From Paraspadella gotoi (lineage: Eukaryota; Animalia; Chaetognatha), in contig CM119264.1 in NCBI GenBank assembly GCA_051294375.1, positions 25,697,086 to 25,761,085 of the forward strand: 64,000 bases of DNA, written 5' to 3'. The notes under the pieces are model-generated. The model made no database searches. It was not told the DNA's origin and was given only the letters and a program-made list of their open reading frames with translations. Positions 1-14,399 of this stretch are shown here, piece by piece. The number at the start of each line of letters is the position of its first letter. The first letter of the stretch is position 1. A program made the position numbers and the translations under genes.

Positions 1-96
1 ACTGAAACGGAAGATGAGATGAAATTTTTCGGTCTATGCTGTAGTAAACAGATGACACCAAGACACAGATACTGCAAAGGAGGAGGTGAACAGAGT

Positions 97-97
<1 letters not shown>

Positions 98-154
<57 letters not shown>
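98..154. repeat. (GA)n microsatellite
   Basis: Near-perfect GA dinucleotide run. Confidence 0.95.
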
Positions 155-161
<7 letters not shown>

Positions 162-609
162 GAAGAAATTAGAGACAACAAAAAAACTGGAGACGCAAAA
201 TGAAGTAAAAAAGACTAATAGATGAAGTTATTAAAATGAGATGGGGTAAATAGAGAAAGGAGTAGGAAATTAAGCAATATTAGACAATCGGATGTTGAGA
301 AGAATGCGGAATGACTTTTATCGGTTTTGGTCGTGAAGGAAAAGGCAAAGGTAAAGATAAAAGCAACTGAGAAGAATGACTTTCTGTGACTTTCAAGGGA
401 GCGATTAGCAAGGGAAGGAATTGAATGGCCAATAGAACAGTTCTACAAAGACATACTACTTGAACGTCTTTCACTTTCGCTTTGAAATCAACTGTTACAG
501 TAAGCAAACGTTCATGAAATATTCGAGGATTCGCCAACAAAAAGAGTAAAGAAATTCAATGAGTCGCGAGCAAACTCCGAATATCAAGATTCTTTGAAAC
601 GAGGAGAAA

Positions 610-675
610 GACGACTATGACGACGACGAAAAAACGAAGACGACGACGACGACGACGACGAAGACGACGACGATG
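610..675. repeat. (GAC)n trinucleotide microsatellite
   Basis: Interrupted gacgacgac tract. Confidence 0.9.
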
Positions 676-1602
676 AGGAAAAAGCGGAAAGAAACTCTTT
701 ACCAATATTTTTCAGCAGTATTTACGTTTACTCTCATGTCTGCTCTCTGCATCAATTCGTCAAAGGTATTTTATAGATTCGAAGAGAAACAAACATTTTT
801 TTCGAAAATAAAGAATTCAGTTGAAATAGTCCATTGGCAGTGACAGAATAAAGCTGCCGCAAGACGACGCACCGGAGGCGGCGTCTGAGTCCCCCTGGCG
901 CTGGGCGGAGAGGGGAGAGGGAGGCAAGCGTCATCGCCGAAAGAAACCGGAAATGGTGGGCGTGTCTGGGGGGGTTGGGTGAGATGGGGAAAGATCTGGG
1001 GAGAGACGGGGGGCGAAGAGAAAGGCGACGCCCCGCCCGGGTTTTTGTGATCGGCATCACAAAAGGAAAATAGCAAATCCCGAGAAACGCGGACGACTTG
1101 AAAGGGAAATGGAAAATGAAGTGCTGACAAAAAACTTCGGGGGGAAAAAAGGCGACAGATTCGCGAGACGGGAGAGTGAAAGATGGTGACGACGACGACA
1201 ACGACGACGACGTCCAATTGATGGCGTCGAAGGCGCGAAGGACAACAAAAGACGTCGTTAAAGAAAGAAGCGAACGGCGTCAAAATCATATTAAATCGAA
1301 AATCTTTGTTACTCTCGATGAAGTTAATGTATAGTAAAATAAAATCTCAATGCGAAATAACAGAATAACATTTTATCGAAGACGTTGCGTTACCAGATTT
1401 GGACCTTTGGTGCCGAAAAAATGCTAATGCTTTTTATGAATTAAGATTTTAAGGAGAAACATTAAAAATCTTCAGAAATTCTCACAATAGAAAATTTTCT
1501 TTTCTTTTTTCTTTCTTTTCTCTCACGAAAGTAACAAGCTTGTCATCCAAGAGGAATAAGTTATGAAGAAAAAGGGAAAGAGAGAAAAAGGTTGGAAGAA
1601 GA

Positions 1603-1730
<128 letters not shown>

Positions 1731-3094
1731 AAGAGCGGGGTTCTCATTAGCTCCGGGAAAACCTGACGATCGCACCGATGGATCCGGAAAGAATAATTTT
1801 CTCTTCGAACTTCTTTCCAACTTTTTTTTCTCTTTGTCCCCCTCCTTTCCACCCCCGCCAATAACCCCCCCCTTCATTCCCCCCTTCGAAGATGAGGTGA
1901 AGCGAAAGGAAACAGAAAGATGGCGCGACACGGAGGCGAAAGTGACGCGCGGTGTTGGCGTTGGCGTTGGCGTGGAAGGTGACAAGTTTGGGCGACGGAG
2001 CGAAGAGTGGATTTGACGGGGGGGGGGGAGAGATTGATGGGTGGAGGGTAGAAAAGTTTGAGGTATAAATTGAAGGGTGGTGACCGACTGACTGGGTAAA
2101 TATTCGATGGAAAAAAGGTTATTAAACTGGTTAAGAACCCCAAAAGAGCTTAGCGTTTTTAAAAATATTAAATTAAAGTTATAAATCATATTTTTTTTTA
2201 TTCAGGGAGTGGTGTCTTTATACAATTAAAACATTCTTTGATAGGGAACCTAGGAATACTGGGAGTGAATAAAAGAGACTGTGAGAGAGTCTTGAATGCA
2301 GGGACCTGCTATGTTATTATCTTGTAAGTGTGACGGATGCCTTAATCCATCAAAGCCTGTCCAAAGTCAGGGAATGGATAATTAAATAAATGAATAATTT
2401 TTATATTGGTTGTTCCAATTACATTAAATAATCGATTCAATTTTAGCAGATGAGAGAAACTGTTTCAGTTTCCGATTCCATATCAGATTATCTTGAAGCT
2501 TTTTGTTTCATTGGTTTTTCTCTTCATAAACTTTTTTTTTCTGGAATTAATTAATTTATTTTATTAAATTAAATTACTTAAAAATATAAAATCTTCAAAT
2601 TCAAGGATACGAGGATAATTTGTACCATTTCTAAACGCGGATATAAAAAAAAATCTAAAACAAAGTTACAATCTTTAAATAAATAAGAAAAAATAATCTG
2701 CCGTCACTTGTCAATTCCCTTCGGCTTTTCCATCGCTTTATAATGCAATTTAAAAAAAAAATAAATTCAATAAATCTTTGAGCTTTTAATCTAGTTTGCC
2801 CGGTGGAAAATAAAAATATGAAAAAAAGGATCCAAAGCTGGGTTATCGTTGGAAAGTGGGGAAGAGAAGAAGAGAGAGAGAAAAAAAGAGAGAGAGAATT
2901 TATTTTTCTTTCAGTCGCTTGATCAATGTTGACGGGAAAAACCTCGTGGGGCGAAAGCCGAGATCCATATTGCCAACCAGTTTTTTTTTTTTTTTTATAA
3001 ACGCGAAATTAATTAGTTTTTATATTACGATTTGTCTTGGGCTCTGAACCGTGTTTTGAGTTATAGGCTTTAGAGCTGAAGCAATGGACTCTAG

Positions 3095-3232
<138 letters not shown>

Positions 3233-3426
3233 ATAAGAGGCTTTCTTTCCTTTCCCACTCTCTCTCACTCTCTTCTCCTTTATTGAGCTGTTTTTTCTCC
3301 TCCTTCTAATAAGGGGCCACTTTCTAAGACGAATGAATGTCAAGAGTCTTCTTCGGCCGAAGGAAAGCAAGTTATTACTCAGGCGCCGCCGATAGTTCCG
3401 GCGCCCCGGCGTCGTTGCCGGCGTCT

Positions 3427-3457
<31 letters not shown>

Positions 3458-3589
3458 CTGAGTCTTTGATGGTGATTTTGTTTCCTTCGTCGACGAGTCA
3501 ACCTCGCTACCATTTAGAGATTTTATAGAATATTTCTAAGTATATTACTACTTATTATTACTTGTGATATTTGTAAAAATATGATAATG

Positions 3590-3732
3590 AAACGATGATG
3601 ATGATGGATATAATGATGATGATAAAGACGTAAATGATGATGATGATGAAGATGATGATAATGTTGATGTGATAGTCGACGTCGGCGTCTTTTACTTTAC
3701 AAAATACTTTGTCACTATTCTTGACGTCGTCT

Positions 3733-3764
<32 letters not shown>

Positions 3765-3825
3765 GTCATCGTCGTCGTCGTCATCGTCGTCATCGTCGTC
3801 GTCTCAATTTTTTTCGTTGTCGTTG
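3590..3825. repeat. (GAT)n tract followed by (GTC)n tract
   Basis: gatgatgat ~3590-3670; gtcgtcgtc ~3725-3825. Confidence 0.85.
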
Positions 3826-4321
3826 TTCTTCTCATGATTACGTGTCATTTCTAGACTTGCTCTTAGAAATTGTGGCACTTACGACCCGTTTACGCTGAGA
3901 TGTGGATTGGGTGGGGTTCGGGTGGAGGAAAGGTGAGGTTAATGGGTGAGGCGTGGAAGGTAAGAAAATGAGATGGAGGTGAAGGAATGAATGAGGTTGA
4001 CAGGAATATAGGAAGATTTGAGGAGAAGAAAAGAGAAAGAAGGAAACTTGGAAAAGAAATTAATGAAAAAGGAAAAGACCGAAGCTCTAGAAGAATATTT
4101 AAAAACTCACAGAAATAAACTATATCTCGTTGGCTTAATATACAAAAAAAAAAGAATTTGAGAAGAACCTTTCGAAACCGAATAGAAATATCGAGGAGAA
4201 AAAGAAAAATAAAAAGAAAAAGAAAAAGAAAGAAGGTAAGGAATAAAGAAAAGGATGAAAGTGAGTGAACGTCGAAGACATCGGAAACGAAATTGGTTCG
4301 TCCCAAACGTGGAGAGACATG

Positions 4322-4660
4322 AAGCTATGGTGCTGGCGATGGCGCCATGGTGCTGGCGTGATGATGGTGCCATGGTGATTTTATTGGTTTCATGGGGCTG
4401 GAGAAGGTGCCATAGTATGAGGATGTATTATGACATTGTGCTGTCGTGGCGCCGTAATAGTGCAGTGGTGGTGGCGTGATAATGGTTCAATCGTGCTGGA
4501 GAAGAGTCTACGGTGGGCGGGGATACTGCTTTTGTGCTGGCTCGGTGATGGGCTTATCGTGCTCCGATTGCTTTCATGATGCTGGCATTACTGCCCCGGA
4601 CCAGCCACCGTGCTGCCGATAGTGCTACGGCGCTATCGATAGTTCCATTGTGCTTTGGCA
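4322..4660. repeat. Degenerate GC-rich tandem repeat (atggtgctggcg / gtgcc-type units)
   Basis: Recurrent gtgctgg, atggtg and ggcgcc words, e.g. ctatggtgctggcg ~4325 and ccatggtgctggcg ~4345. Confidence 0.6.
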
Positions 4661-4764
4661 TTAGAAATGGAGCCGGCGGAAAAAAAAATCTGGATTGGGA
4701 GACAAGAGATCTGGGACCGAGGTCCGAGAAAAAGTTTTGGGTTATGGTTTAGAGAGAGGAAACT

Positions 4765-4864
<100 letters not shown>

Positions 4865-6759
4865 AAGGCTGAATATTGGGTTAAAAGGGTCTTGAAAACG
4901 AAGAGGAAGAGAAGAGGATGAGAAGAGAAAATTGGAAATGGAAAATGGAAATGAAAAAGTGGAAAAGAAAGAGTTAAATGAAGTGGAAAAGATTATTATT
5001 ATAAGTAAATTGATTAAGTTAAAATAGAAATAATAAAATTTATTTGAAAACGGAAATGAAAAATACGTAGTAAAGAAAAGAAATTTTGTTGTTGTTTTGA
5101 AATGAAAAGACATAAATCTATAAACTAACAAAGATAATAAAAGAGGTAAAATAAAAATTAACAAACGTTTCTCATAAGAAAACTCTTGAGGCGATTGCAT
5201 CACATCCGGACCTAAGAACGAAGAAAAACGAGGAAAAGAATTGGAAGAAACGTCCGATTGAGAATTCGGGTTTGACAAGTGAATCCAAACGTCAAAACTC
5301 TTCAAAACTGAAGCGAATGTGAAGAGAAATTCCGAGATGAGGTTTAGGGCTTTTGACAGTCGAAGAAGGGAGTGTCCGTGAGACCGAGGAGTTACGCGCG
5401 CATGCGTGAAAGACCTTTTCGGGACTGGATTCACAGGAAAATGAGCGTGAATGAAGACTTCGAGGATATCATTCGAATAATTAATATTTTCACTTGAAAT
5501 TAGGGGAAAAAAAAATTGTATAATAACAATAACGGTAATTCCAATGTGTTGAGCCGCAGTGACTTTATTTTAATGTCTATTCCCTTTTGATCACATGATA
5601 TGACATGACATGACATGACTAAAAAACTTTCTATGCCTGTGTATTTATGACATGCACTGCATCAAAATTCCGTCTTTTATTGCTTATAGTTTTAGAAATT
5701 CCTGAAGGCGGCGCTCGCAGTCTCCTAGATTTGAGGTTTTTTTCTGTGAGCAACTGTTAGCAACCAACTATAGGCAATTATATACATTTTTAACGAAAAG
5801 TGACTTATGGAGTTGCTCCTCGGCATAACTAAAAACCTTTAAAAGTCATAAAAAAAAGTGTATGGATGTTAATAGAAATACCCGAGAAATATGCGAAAGA
5901 TGTGCGCTTTGCACAATGCACACTGTGCAAACTTCAAAAATTGATTAGGCGACGAAGAAGAGAAGAGAGGAGAAACGATATTGGAGTTTGACGCGAACTG
6001 AAAAGAGAGGAAGGAGATAATAAATTCCTCTTGTACAAAAAATAATAGAATGCGGAACAAGAATGGAAAGAAAGGTAAGAGTGGAAAGCAAGGAAGGGAG
6101 AAAGGAGAAAGAAAAATGGTCAAAAAGAAAGTAAAGAGAAAACTAAGTAAGAGGAGAAGAAGGAGAGGAGGAATTAAGACGTCTCTCTCCCAGGGAGAAT
6201 CTCCGAGGAAAGATGGATTGAAGGATGTTGATGGATGAGGATGTTGTGGAGGATGAGGTCAGTGAAGGATGTTGATGGATGTACTGGAGGATAAGCTGGA
6301 GGTAGGAGGTTCGCTGTGGGGGATGGATTATAAATAGGATCGAGTGTTTAGTTATTTTCGAAATTTAATATAAATGTCGAGTGTTGTTTTGGGCATAGTT
6401 AACCAAAGATTGTAGTCCTTAAACGAGAATGACAGAGAATCTAAATATTATTGGTTGAGACTTATCCCTTTTTTATCTTTGCTAAGGATTTTATGTTGAA
6501 ACTCGTGCTGCAATCGACATTTCATCGAATAAATGAATTTAAATCCTAATTAAGATATATCATTAGTATATTCCCAGATTAACTTAAACCTTTATTCTTT
6601 TACTTTATATATTTATCTCTCGCCGTCTCTATATCCTTTTCTTGATGAACTCACATCCGTCTTTTTTTTTCTCTCTCCCTTTTTTCGTGAAACCTAATCC
6701 TCTTTCTTCCTCTACTCACTCAATCGAACACCCTAATCCTCTCTTTCACTCTCTTTCTT

Positions 6760-6930
6760 TTTCTCTTTCTCTTTTAATCTTTTTTTCTCTTCTCTTCTCT
6801 TTTTTTCTCTTCTCTTCTGTCTCCCGTTCTATTTTTATACGTTATTTCTTTCTTTCTTTCTTTTTTCGATCTTTCTATCTTTCTTTCTTCTTTCTTCTTT
6901 TTTCTTCTTTCTTGTCTTTCTTTCTTTCTT

Positions 6931-6961
<31 letters not shown>

Positions 6962-6963
6962 CT

Positions 6964-7026
<63 letters not shown>

Positions 7027-7040
7027 CCCCTCTCTCCCAC
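6760..7040. repeat. Polypyrimidine low-complexity tract, (CTTT)n/(CT)n
   Basis: Almost exclusively C/T. Confidence 0.9.
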
Positions 7041-8427
7041 TCCTTCCCCTTATTCGAAAAGCCAGAAAATTAATCTCACACAGATAGAACTTTTTTCTTA
7101 CGCCAGGTGAATCGAGATTTCATCTTTCTCAAGATTTCCCTCTCCCCGATGCCTCGTTTTCACAAATTCCCAACCGCCCAACGCCCCACTCTCCCTTATT
7201 TCCCCCAATGCCCCCGAAAATCTCCCCCATTTCTCCATCGCTCCGATTTTCCCACTTCTCCCATCCACCGCCCTTCCGTTTATATTTTCTCTCGAATTTC
7301 CCCGACGCCGAATCGAACCGGAAGAATTCGATCGAACCTTTAATCCTGACTTCTAGATCTTCACGTTGGCGTCACAATTACTTTTCAACTCTTTCCAATC
7401 TTTTACTCACGATTTTCTCACTCAATAAGTTTTACTCACCATTTACAACTATCTCAGTCTCTCTAACGTTTACCAACCACGATTCCTCTTTCTCTCCCAT
7501 TACCCAAAACTCAACCGCCCTATCCGATCGAAAATACCCCTCTTGTGGCCTTTCTCTCCTTTCCTTTCATTTTCTTTCCTTGCCTTTTTTTATCTTTCCT
7601 TTACTGGAATTTAGTTTACTTTACTTTTTTCTCATTTCCCATTTTTCCTTTCTTTCCCATTTCTTTATGCTTCTATTTTTTCTTACTTTCCCAGTTTCCT
7701 TTTACTTTTCTTCGTCGTCCTACGTATCTTTCCCCATTTCTTTTTACTTCCCCCTTTTCTTTTTTCTTCCCCATTTTCTTTTACTTTTCCTCCTTTTCCT
7801 TTCTTTCCGCCATTTCCTTTTACTTTCCCCCTTTTTTCTTTCTTTCCCTTATTTCTTTCTTCTCTTTTCCCCCGGAAAACCCAAAGTTCAAAGTTGAAGG
7901 CCGATAAATCATTTTTTAAGGGGAAGCGACTTTCTTTCTTCTTTTTTTTCCTTTCATTTTAACTTTCGTCGATTTTTCTTTTTCTTTTTCTCTTCAGAAA
8001 CTTTGGCGATGGCGTTTATTTTTCCGGCAATCCGTCTTTAGCAGGGAGACCTTAATCAATCTCTCTCTCTTTCGCTCACTTTCTCTCTCTCTCTCCCTCT
8101 CTTTTCTCCCTTTATTATTTTTCATTTTGTCGTTCCCTTCGGAATCGACGAAGGCGCTGGAAGTGGAAGCGTCGGAACTCTGAAGCGATATTCAGAAGCG
8201 GCGCGAAGAACGAAATTAAAAGGCAATGTCCCTAGGATATCAAAATTTATAATAATTTATTTATAATTTATATTTAAATTTACTTTCATAATTAATTTAT
8301 AAAAGTTGTAATTACTCAAGGAACGCAAGGAATTGTTAGTAATTTATTTTCAAAAATGTTTTGAGGAAGGGACCGCCGACCCTTTTAATCCAACTCGTCT
8401 GCCATTGTTTTCACTTTTCATTTTATA

Positions 8428-8429
<2 letters not shown>

Positions 8430-8467
<38 letters not shown>

Positions 8468-8513
8468 CTCTTCTCTCTCTCTCTCTCTTCTCTCTTTCTC
8501 TCTTTCTCTCTTT

Positions 8514-8588
<75 letters not shown>

Positions 8589-8590
8589 AT
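8430..8590. repeat. (CT)n microsatellite
   Basis: Interrupted CT run. Confidence 0.9.
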
Positions 8591-8712
8591 CTTTCTTCAT
8601 TACCTTTCCTTCGCGCCTCTTTAATCTTCTCTCTCTCCCACCTTGAGTTGGGGAGGCGTTGACTTGGTGGCGCGAAGCGTCGAGCGCCGTAACGTCGTCG
8701 CGGGAATTGGAT

Positions 8713-10885
8713 GCGCTTTTGTCTGCCGCGGAAAAATTACAGGCGAGAAGAAGATATGGGGGTGAGGAGAAGGAAAGGAAAGTAGACGAGAGGGAGAGGG
8801 AGAGAGTTAGAGAGAGAGAGAGAGAGAGAGAGGAGAAGAGAGAGGAGAGAGAGGAGAGAGAGAGAGAGAGATGCGATGAGAGAGAGAGAGAAGAGAGAAA
8901 AGTAGTGAATGAATGAGGAGAGAAAACAATTAGACGAAGTTATTAAGCCGAAAAGAAGAGAGAAATGAGAGGAATTAGCCGGAGGAAAATCCAAATGAAG
9001 AGGAAAGAAAAAAAAAAGAAAAAAAAAGGAGAGTAGGGTGAGAGAGAAATTTCTGAATAAAAAAAACGAAAGAAGAAAAAAAAAGAGGAAAACTGATAAG
9101 AAAAGGGGGAAAAAAAGAAGAGGGAATATGAGATAAAATTAGAGATGAGGAAAGGGAGGAAGGGAACCCAGGGAAAAAAAAGTAAGCTGTGGATCGTAGG
9201 AAGGAAAAAAGAGGAGGAACGGCGAAACGCCCTTCTCCGCGGAGGAAAGGAAAGGGAGCGGGAGGAAGAATAATTAACTAATTTAATAAGTCTTTGGAAA
9301 ATTAACTTCTTTTGACGTTTAAAGGCTCTCTCGTCTTCTTTTGTTTTTTTTCCTCGAAGAGCTGAACTAAATGAAATTTTAAAAAATGAGTTTTCCTCTT
9401 GTCAACAAAAGCGGAGTAAGACAAAGAGGCAATGAGCCTTTCATTAAGCCGGAATGTAAACAAACATCAATAATTATTTAGAAACTAAACAAGAAAAAAC
9501 AAACGAGTGTTTTAAAGAAAATATTTTAATATTAACATGGAGCTGAGTGAAAAAATCAGGACTTATATTTAGATTTTAAGAAATGAGGCCAAAATAATTT
9601 GACACCGAAAAAATTAGTGTTGCATTGTGTTAAAAAAATAGAACATTCATTAAAAAATAAAACGAAGATGACATTTTCAGTGACAGGATGACATGATGAC
9701 AAATTTACGATGAAGGTACATGAGTCACACAGAGTGTAGAGAATAGAACGATTTTAAAGCTTTCTCTTTCTTTTTGATCTCTCGTATTACCGATGACCAT
9801 ATTTGCTTATTTCGGCTGTTGGACCAATTTTTAATGACTTTATGAGTCAATTCTCAAAGTAAGAGATATTTGGAAATCGTTTTTAGTTTCTAATAAGAAC
9901 TCAATTGATACGTCCACCCGCTTTGGAAACTATGTTTTTACACGTTTCCTTTGAATAATTACTGATAATAAAGTTTTTGGAAAATACTATGAAACTACTT
10001 TTTATTCTATTGGAGACTATGTTACAACATCCCAAGCGGGCGACATCGAATGCTAGTCTTTGCAGGCGTGAAAGGAAAAAAAAATTACCCATAATTAGTG
10101 TTATACATATTAAATACAATAAAAAAAAACGAATACCAAGAAATGAAATAGTGGGACAAAAATGACAACTCAGTTGATAAAAAAGAGAAAAACGACGACG
10201 ATGACGACGACGACAAAAACGACGACAACGAAGAAGTTTCTTTCATTCGCCTCATGGACGACGAAACGATTTTTTCGCCATCAACCGGCGACTGACCCAT
10301 GAGCTGTCGTCGTTGACGTCGTCGTCGTCGTCGTCTTTGTCGGTGACTTAACGTCACCCAGGAACATATTCCCAGAAGCAATAAGGAATAAGGAGAGACC
10401 CTAATCCTTAATCTCTTCGAGACGACAATCATCTGCCTCCGGTCTCTTTCCTCGTCCAACGGAATGAAGTGTCGTTTGGAGGAGGAAAGGGAGGGAAAGA
10501 GAAGAAGGAGAGGAAAGGGAGGAAAGAGATGAAAGGAGAGGAAAGGGATGAAAGGAGAGGAAAGGGAGGAAATTGAGGGAAAGGGAGGAAAGGGAGGTAA
10601 TGGAGGAAAGGAGAGGAAAGGGCGGATAGGAGAGGAAAGGGAGTAAATGGTAGGAAATGGAGGAAAGGGAGGAAAGAGAGGTAAAGGAGAAAAAGAGAAG
10701 AAAGGAGAAGAAAAGGATGAAAGGAGAGGAAATGGAGGAATGGGAGGTAAAGGGAGGAAAGGGAGGAAAGGAGAGAAAAGGGAAGAAAGGGAGGAAAGAG
10801 AGGAAAGGGAGGAAAGAGAGGAAAAGGGGAAGTTGAGGGGAAAGAAAAGGAAGGAAGGAAGAAAAATGGAAGAAAAACGCTGCGC
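8713..10885 (+). repeat. Duplicated segment A, cleaner copy
   Basis: Shared unique strings with 10903-13435 and 30105-31690, e.g. tcaattgatacgtccacccgctttgg at ~9901/12237/30567 and cttaacgtcacccaggaacat at ~10347/12739/31081. Confidence 0.9.
10478..10870. repeat. Purine-rich minisatellite (~9-10 bp gaggaaagg units)
   Basis: Repeated gaggaaagg / ggaggaaag; noisy counterparts at ~12880-13430 and ~31220-31680. Confidence 0.85.
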
Positions 10886-10902
10886 CGCGACATGAAGCAT
10901 CC

Positions 10903-13900
10903 CGCTTTTGTCTGCCCCGCTGGAAAAATTACAGCGCCGAGAAGATAGATCATGGGTAGGAAGCCGGAGAAGGAAAGCGAACAGTAGAGGAGAGGGAACG
11001 AGGTGAGAGAGTTAGAGAGAGAGAAGCAGAGAGAGGGAGGAGAGATGAGTAAGACCTGAGAGACCGATTGTAGCAGAGCAAGAAGAGAGAGAGAGAAAGT
11101 ACGTGAATACAATGAGGAGATGAAAACAATTCAAGTACGCAAGTTATAGCCGAAGAGAGAAGAGAGAACACTGAGATGGAATTAGCCAGCAGGGAAAATC
11201 CAAAATGAAGCAGAAGAGAAAAAAAAAAAGAAAAAAAGGAGAGTAGGGTTGAGAGAAATTTCTGAATATAAAAAAACGAAGAAGAAAAAAACGAGGAAAA
11301 AAAAAAAAAAAAAGAAAACAAGAAAAAATAGCCAAGAAATACTGATAAAAGAAAAGGACGGAAAGCACACAAGAAGAGGAAATATGTGAGGCCATAAAAT
11401 TAGAGATTGAGGAAAGGGACAGCGAAGGGAACCGCGAGGAACAAGATAAACGTATAGCTGTGGATCGTAGGAAGGAAAAAGAGCAGAAGAGAACGGCCGC
11501 AAACGCCCTCTTCTTCGCGGAGAAAGGAAGGAGCGTGAGGTAAGAATAATTGAACTAATCTAATAAAGTTCTTTTTGCGTAAATATTTATACTTCTTGTT
11601 ACCGGTTTAAACGGCTCTCTCGTCTTACGTTTGTTTTTTGTTCCTCGACAGAGACCCGTGAAGCTAAATGAAATTATTAAAACACTGAGTTTTCTCTTGT
11701 CAACACAAAAGCCGAGGAGAACAAAGAGGCAGCATGAGCCTTTTCATTTAAGCCGGAATGTAAAAACTGAAACATCAAGATAATTTATGTAGAACAACTA
11801 AACATAAGAAGAAAACAAACGAGTGTTTTAAAAAAATATTTTAATATATAACATGGGAGCTGAGTGAAAAAAATCAGACTTATATATAGATTTTTAGAAA
11901 CATGAGGCCCACAAAGTAATTTGACACCAAAAAATAAGTGGTGCATTGTGTTTAAAAAAGAATAGAACATTCATTTAAAAATAAAAAGAAGATGACATTT
12001 ACAGTGACAGGATGACATGATGACATAATTTACGATGAAGGTACATGATCACACAGAGTGCGAGAGAATAGAACGATTTTAAAGCTTCTCATCTTCTTTT
12101 TGCATCCTCCTCGTTATTACGCGAGATGACCACTATTTGCTTATTCGCTGTTGGAGCAATTTTTAATGACTTTATGAGTCACAATTCTTCAAAGTAAGAG
12201 ATAATTTGGAAATCGTTTTAGTTTCTTATAAAGAACTCAATTGATACGTCCACCCGCTTTGGAGAACCTTTATTTTTACACGTTTCCTCTTTGAATAATT
12301 ACTGATAATAAAGTTTTGGAAAATACTATGAAAACACTCTTTTTATTACTATTTGGAGACATGTTACAACATCCCAAGCGGCGCAGACATCGTCAATACT
12401 AGCTCTTTTGCACAAGTGGCGTGAAAGGGAAAAAAAAAATTACCCATAATTAGTGGTTATACATATTTAAATAACAATAAAAAAACGAATTCCAAGAAAT
12501 GAAATTGTGGCGACAAAAATGACAACTCAGTTGATAAAAAAGAGAAAAAACGAACGACGATGACGACGACGACGAAAAAAACGACAGACAACGAAGAAGT
12601 TTCTTTCATTCGCGCTCATGGACGACGAAACGATATTTTTTGCCATCAACCCGCGCAGCTGACCCTATGAAGCTGTCGTCCGGTTGACGTCGTCGTCGTT
12701 CGTCCGTCCTCGTCGTCCGTCGTCGTATGGTCGGTGAGCTTAACGTCACCCAGGAACATATTCCCAGAAGCAATAAGGAATAAGGAAGAGACCCTAATCC
12801 TTAATCTCTTCGAGACGACAATCATCTGCCTCCGCGTCTCTTTCCTCGTCCAACGGAATGAAGTGTCGTTTGGGTCGGACAGAAAAGGGGAGGTAAGGGG
12901 AGGCAAAGAATGAAAGACAAAGTGCAGAAGGAGAGCGAAAGGGGAGAAAGAGTCATGACAAAAGTCGACGGAGGGAAAGGGACGTGAAATTGAGGGAAAT
13001 GCGGAGCAGAAGGAAGGAAGCAGAATGAAAGTGAGAGAATAGGGGGCATAGCAACGAGGAAAGCGGAGAAAAACTGTAAGCGCAAAAAGGAGGAAAGGGC
13101 ATGGTTAGGACGCGATATGGAGGAAAGGGACTTGCAAGGACGAGGAAAGCGGAGGAACAGAGAGAGCGAAAGGCGCAAGAAAGAAACGCCGAGGGAAAGG
13201 AGGCAAAAGAGAGCAACGGGAAGGCGACAAGGGAGGAAAGCGGAGACAAGAGACCTGCTAATTGGCGAGAAAAAGAGAAGAAAGGAGAGGCAAAAGGTAT
13301 GAAAGGGCAGAGGCAAATGCGAGGTTAAAGAGCGAGGAAAAGGCGAGCGAAGTGGAGGAAAATTGCGAGGAAAAAAAGAGGAAAGGATGAAAAAGGAAAA
13401 GAAAGGCGAGGAACGAAGAACAACAATAGAAGAAAAACGCAGATTACACAATATAAGGTAAAAAAAATTTTAGCAAAGTTTTTTGAATTTTTTACAACGA
13501 CTTGGTATTTGCTCGAATAAAGCATCTGACAATTTTCGGAACTCACAAGCTCTCAAGCCCGCTGTCAATGAAGGCACTCAAAGACTTGCTAATACTCATT
13601 ACAACAACGAAAGACAATGCGTTATACCATAGAAAATAGAAAACAAATCACAAAAAAGGTCAATGTAAGGCAAAGGAAGGAAAGCGAAGAAAGAAAGAAA
13701 GGAAGCGAGCCAAAGAAAGGAAAGAAAGATGGCGCAAAAATAAGCCCTTGATCAGATGTCAAGACAAAGCAAATAGTAGCATAAGGAGTAATAAGAAAAC
13801 AAAAAGAAACAAAATAGTAACAATACTGTAGCCAAGTTGCTACTGCCGCCGCCGCGCGCTTTTAGCAAAAAAAAATCGTCATATTTGAAAACCTCTCGGA

Positions 13901-14374
13901 AGATTTTATTTAATCTGAAAGATTTTTTTTTGCCATGGGCTGAAAAACCCCAAAAGTCCATATTGTATATTGCTTAATCTTTCATATTGATATTCGTTTA
14001 TGATTTTTATCTGGTAATGAGCGGAAAAGGTTGGCTCTTAAAAAAGTCTTTTTATTTAAAACTTACATTCTTTTTGTCTAACTTTCATGAAAATTTTTTA
14101 AAAAAAAAATTAAATAAAAAGATATTAATATTAACTCATCTTGCTGAAAGCCCTATTAAAAAATATTAACGAGAATAATATAATTAAAAATACTGCTAAT
14201 ATCCTAAAAATAAGTCTATTCAGCTATTCCAATCATAACAAACTGGGTAATCAAAACTAAAGAAAAACTGCGTTAATTAAATAATTGCCCAAAGAGCAGC
14301 GTTTTGAAATAATTATCATATTACAATGCTAACCATTTTTAATTTAAGTCTTCCTCAAGCATTTTTACATGATG
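10903..14374 (+). repeat. Duplicated segment A plus downstream flank, indel-rich copy ending at a 25-N gap
   Basis: Colinear with 8713-10885 and, from ~11800 onward, with 30105-32570; frequent single-base insertions. Confidence 0.9.
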
Positions 14375-14399
14375 NNNNNNNNNNNNNNNNNNNNNNNNN
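14375..14399. other. Assembly gap of exactly 25 N (also 33508-33532, 42125-42149, 56726-56750)
   Basis: Counted N runs; three of the four have duplicated sequence directly on both sides. Confidence 0.95.

Noticed and set aside
393-485. Protein-like frame SRERLAREGIEWPIEQFYKDILLERLSLSL on +
   Set aside because: Short, no recognised homology, and no convincing splice donor before the stop
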